Positions 34,208-38,847 of a stretch of 38,847 nt of DNA are shown piece after piece; positions within the stretch are counted from its first letter, which is position 1; the number at the start of each line of letters is the position of its first letter. A model generated the notes under the pieces. That model was not told where the DNA came from. It ran no database searches and saw only the letters and a list, made by a program, of their open reading frames with translations. Origin of the DNA: Atopobiaceae bacterium (lineage in GTDB: Bacteria > Actinomycetota > Coriobacteriia > Coriobacteriales > Atopobiaceae); assembly GCA_017459605.1 (NCBI GenBank), contig JAFUCQ010000117.1, forward strand, positions 1 to 38,847, given 5' to 3'. The translations under genes and the position numbers were made by a program.

Positions 34208-35863
34208 CTAGCGCTTGAGTCCTCCAAAAATGCCACGGGTAATCTGACGAGCAGCCTCACGTCCTATCGTGTTAAAGATGGTCGAAACCGTTCGTTCTTG
34301 CTGACGCTTCCTGCGCTCAGCTTCCTGCTCTGCCTTCTTTGCGGCAGCTTGGGCTTCTCGCTCAAGGGCGCGTTGCCTGCGTTCGAGCTCACGCTCAGCC
34401 TCTTTGCGCTGACGTTCGAGTTCTCGCTCGAGTGCGCGGGCGTCTCGCTCTTCTTGCTTGGCTTGTGCTTTTGCGGCGGCCTCTGCCTCTTTTTGGCGCT
34501 GACGCTCAAAGGCTTCTTTTTCCTTCTCAAACGCAAGGCGCTCCGCTTCGAGGGCGGCACGCTCAGCCGAGGCAGCGCTCTCACCTTGGATTATCTCGTA
34601 AGCGCTTTCGCGGTCGATGGCAACGCCGTACTTCTCGTTAATCTCGATTTGGTCATCGATGGCATCATCAATGATATCGGGGTCAGCGGCTGCCATACGG
34701 CACCGCGGCGGCAACACCCATGCGCGCTCAACAATGCTCGGCTTGCCGTCTTCGTCGAGCAGCGACACGAGCGCTTCTCCGGTGGCCAGCTCCTCGAGGG
34801 CTTGGGCGCTATCGAAGGAGGGGTTTTCCCTGAAGCCCTCAGCTGCTGCTTTGAGCACCTTGAGCTCGGCCGGGGTGTAGGCACGAAGGCCGTGCTGAAC
34901 ACGGTTGGAGAGCTGCGCCAGCACCTCGTTGGGGATGTCGTTGGGCGATTGGGTGATGAAGTAGATTCCCACACCCTTGGAGCGAATGAGCTTGACGACC
35001 TGCACAATCTTGTCGCGCAGTTCCTTGGGCATGTCGTTAAACAGCAGGTGCGCCTCGTCAAAGAAGAAGATAAAGCGGGGTTTGTCGAGGTCGCCTACCT
35101 CGGGAAGGGTGTCGAACAGCGAGCTCATCATCCACAGCAAAAACATGGCGTAGAGCTGGGGCGTTTGGACGAGCTTTGTTGCGCTCAAGATGTTGATGTA
35201 GCCGCGACCGTCGGGGGCGTGGGCAAACCAGTCAGAGAGCTCGAGGTTGGGCTCGCCAAAGAAGATGTCACCACCTTGATCTTCGACCGAAATGAGCGAG
35301 CGCTGGATGGCGTTCACCGACTGGCGGGCGATGTTTCCGTAAAGGTCAGAATACTCGTCTTTGTGTTCTGATACATAGCTCAACATAGCGCGAAGATCTT
35401 TGAGGTCGATAAGGAGCATCTGCTTGTCGTCTGCAATGCGAAAGACGATGTCGAGAACACCTTTTTGGACATCGCTCAGACCTAGCAGGCGCGCGAGCAT
35501 GGTGGGACCCATGTCAGAGATGGTAATGCGTACCGGGCAACCTTGATCTGCCATCATGTCCCAAAAGCGCACGGGATTTCCCTCAAAGCTGAACTCATCT
35601 GCGGAGAGGTCAAAGAGCTCAAAGCGCTTGGCGAGACCATCTGAGAGCTCGCCTGCTTGAGCCATGCCGGTCATGTCCCCTTTGACATCTGCCATGAATA
35701 CAGGGATTCCAGCCTGTGAGAAACCCTCGGCCATGACTTTTGAGGTGACGGTTTTGCCGGTGCCCGAAGCTCCTGCGATAAAGCCATGGCGATTTGCTTG
35801 GTTGAGCAGCAGGCAGCATGCGGCATTTCCTTGCGCCAGCCAAATCTTGTTGTTGATGAGCAT
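34208..35863 (-). CDS. DUF853-family (YjgR/HerA-like) P-loop NTPase with a C-terminal E/R/A-rich coiled-coil tail
   Basis: MLINNKIWLAQGNAACCLLLNQANRHGFIAGASGTGKTV (Walker A), Walker B FIFFFDEAHLLF, and a C-terminal ERAALEAERLAFEKEKE... tail. The start was set at the internal ATG (MLINNK). The 120-aa N-terminal extension in the ORF track runs into the repeat region and lacks homology. Confidence 0.75.
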   Translation of the reverse strand: MLINNKIWLAQGNAACCLLLNQANRHGFIAGASGTGKTVTSKVMAEGFSQAGIPVFMADVKGDMTGMAQAGELSDGLAKRFELFDLSADEFSFEGNPVRFWDMMADQGCPVRITISDMGPTMLARLLGLSDVQKGVLDIVFRIADDKQMLLIDLKDLRAMLSYVSEHKDEYSDLYGNIARQSVNAIQRSLISVEDQGGDIFFGEPNLELSDWFAHAPDGRGYINILSATKLVQTPQLYAMFLLWMMSSLFDTLPEVGDLDKPRFIFFFDEAHLLFNDMPKELRDKIVQVVKLIRSKGVGIYFITQSPNDIPNEVLAQLSNRVQHGLRAYTPAELKVLKAAAEGFRENPSFDSAQALEELATGEALVSLLDEDGKPSIVERAWVLPPRCRMAAADPDIIDDAIDDQIEINEKYGVAIDRESAYEIIQGESAASAERAALEAERLAFEKEKEAFERQRQKEAEAAAKAQAKQEERDARALERELERQRKEAERELERRQRALEREAQAAAKKAEQEAERRKRQQERTVSTIFNTIGREAARQITRGIFGGLKR

Positions 35864-36152
35864 GATGTGAGTCCAATCCTGTACTTTATTGGCGTGTGAA
35901 TCGCCTCTATTGTATCGCTTGGGTCGCTTGACCTTGTGAACGCTCTGTAATATATCGCCCGAAGGTGAGGCTGACCGTGTGTGCCTCGAGCTACACGCGG
36001 TCTGGGGTTGATACTCTGGGAGCTTGTCGATTGTGCGCGAGATGAATCGAGCTGCACGCGGTCTGGGGTTGATAATTTCAGCTCTGGTAATCCTCGCCAT
36101 TCTCGAAGCACATTGACTGCAGATACCATCTCCTGCACAAGCAACTTTCAAT

Positions 36153-36335
36153 GCAAAGCCCATGACAACAGTCAGCGGAAAAGCCCACGACGACAGCGCT
36201 CGCCGTAAAACCCGTGACGGCAACTCTCAACATAAAACCTGTGATGACAGCTCCCAACATAAACCAGTGACGACAACTTCCAAAAAACCAGTGACGACAA
36301 CTTCCAACGAAATCCCGTGACGCCAACTCCCAACG
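36153..36335. repeat. Tandem array of about 7 units of 24-27 bp (aaaaccNgtgacgacaacttccaacR)
   Basis: Direct inspection. Lies in the divergent intergenic region between the DUF853 gene and the surface-protein gene. Confidence 0.75.
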
Positions 36336-36342
36336 ATAATTA

Positions 36343-36515
36343 CCGACTATAGAAAATGAGGGACGATGCATCCTGCGGAAATCCTTCTCATGGTTTCTAT
36401 AGTCGGTAGTTTTGCCGAGAAGGTTGGTACACGCTTTACATTCGGACTCTTTCTCGAGGTTTGCTTCACAGTCCACTAGCAGATTCAGCTTTAAAAAAAC
36501 CTTGTCGGGGGGGGG
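36343..36515 (+). promoter_or_regulatory. Upstream region of the surface-protein gene: a 64-nt hairpin with perfect 13-bp arms (ccgactatagaaa/tttctatagtcgg, 36343-36406), an A7 tract, and a G9 homopolymer (36507-36515) about 55 bp before the start codon
   Basis: Direct inspection. GGAGA RBS at 36556-36560. Confidence 0.5.
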
Positions 36516-36567
36516 CTTTATCTGAGACACTCTTTTTGCTGGTTTTAATCTAAAAGATTGGAGACCC

Positions 36568-38286
36568 ATGAGAAAGAGAGCCTTAGTAATCATTGGCATG
36601 CTGTTTGTGGCGCTTGTCTGTATGGCAGGAGTTGCAGCGCCTGCCTATGCTGCAGACTCTGGTGGCACCCAGCAGATGCACCGCCTTTACAATCCCAACT
36701 CAGGAGAACACTTCTATACAGCCTCAACTGCTGAGAAAAACGCTGTTGTGAAGGCTGGCTGGAAGTATGAAGGCATCGGCTGGACAGCCCCGGTAAAGTC
36801 CAATGCTCCTGTGTATCGTCTCTATAACCCCAATGCAGGAGATCACCACTACACTCAGTCTGCACCAGAAAGAGACATGTTAAAGCGTGTCGGCTGGAGA
36901 TACGAAGGCATTGGCTGGTATTCATCAGAAACCAAAGCAGTACCTCTGTATCGCCAATACAATCCCAATGCCAAGACGGGAACTCACAACTACACCACCA
37001 ACAAAGCCGAGAACGACATGCTAGTGAGGATTGGGTGGAGAGCAGAAGGTATTGGCTGGTATGGCGTCAATCCCAATGCAAAGCCTGCTTCCCCTAAGAC
37101 CTATACCGTGACTTTCAAAGATGGTGTTGATGGCAAGACCTTGAAGACCGAGAAGGTTGAAAGTGGCAAGGCAGCGACTGCTCCGGCTCCTCCTGCTCAC
37201 ACAGGCTATACCTTTGCAAAGTGGGATAAGGCATTTACCAAGATTACCGCTAACACAACTGTTACTGCTACCTACACCCAAAACACCTACACCGTTACCT
37301 TCAAAGATGGTCTTGACAACAAAACCATCAAGACGCAAAAGGTTAAACATGGAGCTGCAGCCACAGCCCCTACTGCTCCAACCCACAAAGGATACGCATT
37401 TAACAAGTGGGATAAGGCCTACAGCAAAGTAACGGGCAATCTCACGGTTACCGCCACCTATACTGAGCGCTATCTTGAAGACTACTCATGGCAAGAGCTC
37501 TCAGCTATCAGCAAAGAGATTTCTGCTGCACGCACAGAAGCTGCAGGCATTGAGATTGCCAAGACCTATCACATCATAGGAGCTAATGGAAAGCTTGATA
37601 ATCAAACCAAGAAAGTGAGTGTCAATGGAGTTGAGGCTCACGTCCAAATTATTGGCATCAACCATGATGACAAAGCATCAGGTGGAAAAGCAGGACTTAC
37701 CTTCCAGTTTGTGGAGTGTGTAACGGGTCATGTCATGAATAACAATTGGACCAATCAAGGAGGCTGGAAATCCTCTGAGATGCGCTCTTGGTTAGCATCA
37801 GACCTTATGGGTCAACTCCCCAGTGACTTGTCCAAGGTTATCATCTCGGTGAACAAACGCACTAACAACGTGGGTGTGACCGAAACTGTCTCTTCAGTAA
37901 CTACCACCCAAGATAAACTGTGGTTGCCCTCAATGCGTGAGCTCTGCGGACAGATTGGTTGGTGGCGCGGCCAAAAGGGAAGTATTACCTACAATTATTA
38001 TGATGACATCTACAATGCAGAAGGTACTCAATATATGCGCTTCCGTGACGCTGGTGTGGGAGACGGTATTAGTGTCGAAGGAAGTGAGAGCTATCCTGAA
38101 CTGGTAAAGACGGCGCTCGTAGGTTGGGGCTATTCGAATAAGACAGGCGAGTCCTGCGTCTGGTGGTTGCGTTCGCCGCACCCGGACCACTCGGGTAGCT
38201 TCAGTTTCGTGCATGCCGACGGCCACCCGCGCGGCGGCCTCAACGCCCACGGTGCTAGTGGCGTTGCCCCCGGCTTCTGCGTCTAG
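36568..38286 (+). CDS. Secreted multi-repeat surface protein: signal peptide, five roughly 36-aa NPN-G-H-YT/GW-EGIGW repeats, two Listeria-Bacteroides (Flg_new-type) repeats, and an uncharacterised roughly 270-aa C-terminal domain
   Basis: Signal peptide MRKRALVIIGMLFVALVCMAGVAAPAYA. Repeats RLYNPNSGEHFYT...GWKYEGIGW occur five times. YTVTFKDG...GYTFAKWDK...TVTATYT occurs twice. The last roughly 130 nt of the ORF are markedly GC-rich relative to the gene body. Confidence 0.75.
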   Translation: MRKRALVIIGMLFVALVCMAGVAAPAYAADSGGTQQMHRLYNPNSGEHFYTASTAEKNAVVKAGWKYEGIGWTAPVKSNAPVYRLYNPNAGDHHYTQSAPERDMLKRVGWRYEGIGWYSSETKAVPLYRQYNPNAKTGTHNYTTNKAENDMLVRIGWRAEGIGWYGVNPNAKPASPKTYTVTFKDGVDGKTLKTEKVESGKAATAPAPPAHTGYTFAKWDKAFTKITANTTVTATYTQNTYTVTFKDGLDNKTIKTQKVKHGAAATAPTAPTHKGYAFNKWDKAYSKVTGNLTVTATYTERYLEDYSWQELSAISKEISAARTEAAGIEIAKTYHIIGANGKLDNQTKKVSVNGVEAHVQIIGINHDDKASGGKAGLTFQFVECVTGHVMNNNWTNQGGWKSSEMRSWLASDLMGQLPSDLSKVIISVNKRTNNVGVTETVSSVTTTQDKLWLPSMRELCGQIGWWRGQKGSITYNYYDDIYNAEGTQYMRFRDAGVGDGISVEGSESYPELVKTALVGWGYSNKTGESCVWWLRSPHPDHSGSFSFVHADGHPRGGLNAHGASGVAPGFCV

Positions 38287-38707
38287 CTATCTGTTATCCA
38301 AACGCGCCCACTGCGCCGAACATTTCGTGCGACGCGGTGGCGCTAGCCCCGATATGCTTTGACGTTTTTCGGACGGGCAATTCTACAGTCCAACAACTCT
38401 TATGAGTGTATGGATTACGGCAGGTATCCATGCACTCTTTTACTCTCGACTAGTTAATTTGACCGCACGGGAAGTCAGAAAACGTGCATGAATGAGGCGC
38501 TTTATGTTCATGTCGAAAGCTATGTTTGGGACTATGGACAACTGCAACAGTAATTGGAAATAACAAGCTTGCTTTGATTCGAAATCTTATATCGTAATCT
38601 GCACCCTAAGCTGTCCGCAAAATTACTACTTTGACGAGCTTGTTGGTTGCTCTTGGTTGATATTGTTATCCAAATTTTGTGCAGTATGTAAATCACCAGA
38701 TAAGAGA

Positions 38708-38741
38708 TGGTGCCCGAGGTGGGAGTTGAACCCACACGTCC
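38708..38741 (-). other. tRNA-like 3' fragment (T-arm GTGGG-TTCAACT-CCCAC, acceptor 3' strand CTCGGGC, discriminator A, CCA) with no 5' half in the window
   Basis: The reverse complement reads GGACGTGTGGGTTCAACTCCCACCTCGGGCACCA. The matching 5' acceptor strand GCCCGAG is not found in the remaining 106 nt of window. An AT-rich tract precedes it on the plus strand. Confidence 0.45.
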
Positions 38742-38847
38742 AGAGGACAAAGGTTTTTGAGAACTGTGTTAGATGATGAATTAGTGCCGATGAACTGTGG
38801 ATTCTACTTGTCCTGCCGTCTTACCATCAATGAGTGATAGCTGGGGC

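Noticed and set aside
35864-36223. A 120-aa N-terminal extension of the DUF853 ORF (start at 36223)
   Set aside because: The family-conserved N-terminus begins at MLINNKIW (ATG 35863). The extension has no homology, is Cys/Arg-rich and low-complexity, and runs toward the minisatellite region. It is treated as non-coding 5' sequence.
36078-36599. A 173-aa minus-strand ORF across the 24-bp minisatellite and the surface-protein start
   Set aside because: Its translation consists of repeat-derived peptides (GSCRHWFFGSCRHWF) and overlaps the plus-strand gene start. It is an artefact of reading through tandem repeats.
38292-38674. An 11-bp direct repeat tgttatccaaa (38292 and 38664) as possible target-site duplication
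   Set aside because: An 11-mer match within 400 bp is expected by chance several times in a 39-kb window. There are no inverted repeats or a transposase between the copies.
38708-38847. tmRNA (ssrA) 3' end, because of the strong similarity to ...GGACGCGGGTTCAACTCCCGCCAGCTCCACCA
   Set aside because: The acceptor 3' strand CTCGGGC would pair with 5' GCCCGAG, which lacks the G3:U70 pair and GGGG start universal in alanine-accepting tmRNA. So the terminus is tRNA-like rather than tmRNA. It cannot be fully excluded without sequence beyond the window.

Overview
This 38.8 kb window is a chromosomal segment with moderately high GC (roughly 55-60% by eye), apparently from a Gram-positive bacterium. 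The guess at the lineage rests on the Listeria-Bacteroides repeat surface protein, the feoAB/Cys-rich partner operon and a DUF208 queH. Most genes are housekeeping. They are: a 5'-truncated prephenate dehydratase, a U32 peptidase/RNA-hydroxylase-like protein, a NitT/TauT-type ABC transporter (lipoprotein SBP, permease, ATPase), a MetRS homologue, feoA-feoB plus a FeoB-associated Cys-rich membrane protein, an SPFH protein, queH-queA, tgt-secD-secF-recJ-relA plus an MBL-fold hydrolase, dxs, and a DUF853/HerA-like ATPase. Eight points are out of the ordinary. (1) RecJ is fused in one 1225-aa ORF to a HIRAN domain and a RecQ-like SF2 helicase core. (2) Two unrelated, low-GC, solitary AAA+ ATPase genes, each with a C-terminal D..ExK nuclease-like motif, look horizontally inserted; one splits the ABC transporter operon and the other sits next to paired palindromic elements. 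(3) The MetRS homologue has an intact HIGH motif but KKASS where KMSKS is expected. (4) At least seven intergenic tandem-repeat arrays are present, plus a 154-bp element with perfect 29-bp terminal inverted repeats. (5) A roughly 105-bp element flanks the U32 gene. (6) A G9 homopolymer and a large hairpin lie upstream of a repeat-rich secreted surface protein. (7) QueH carries a C-terminal ETRQP pentapeptide repeat tail, and the feoB-linked Cys-rich protein carries S/C repeats, both encoded by DNA tandem repeats. (8) At the extreme 3' end there is an AT-rich patch and a tRNA-like 3' fragment (T-arm plus acceptor 3' strand plus CCA) with no 5' half nearby. No CRISPR array, rRNA or complete tRNA was found.
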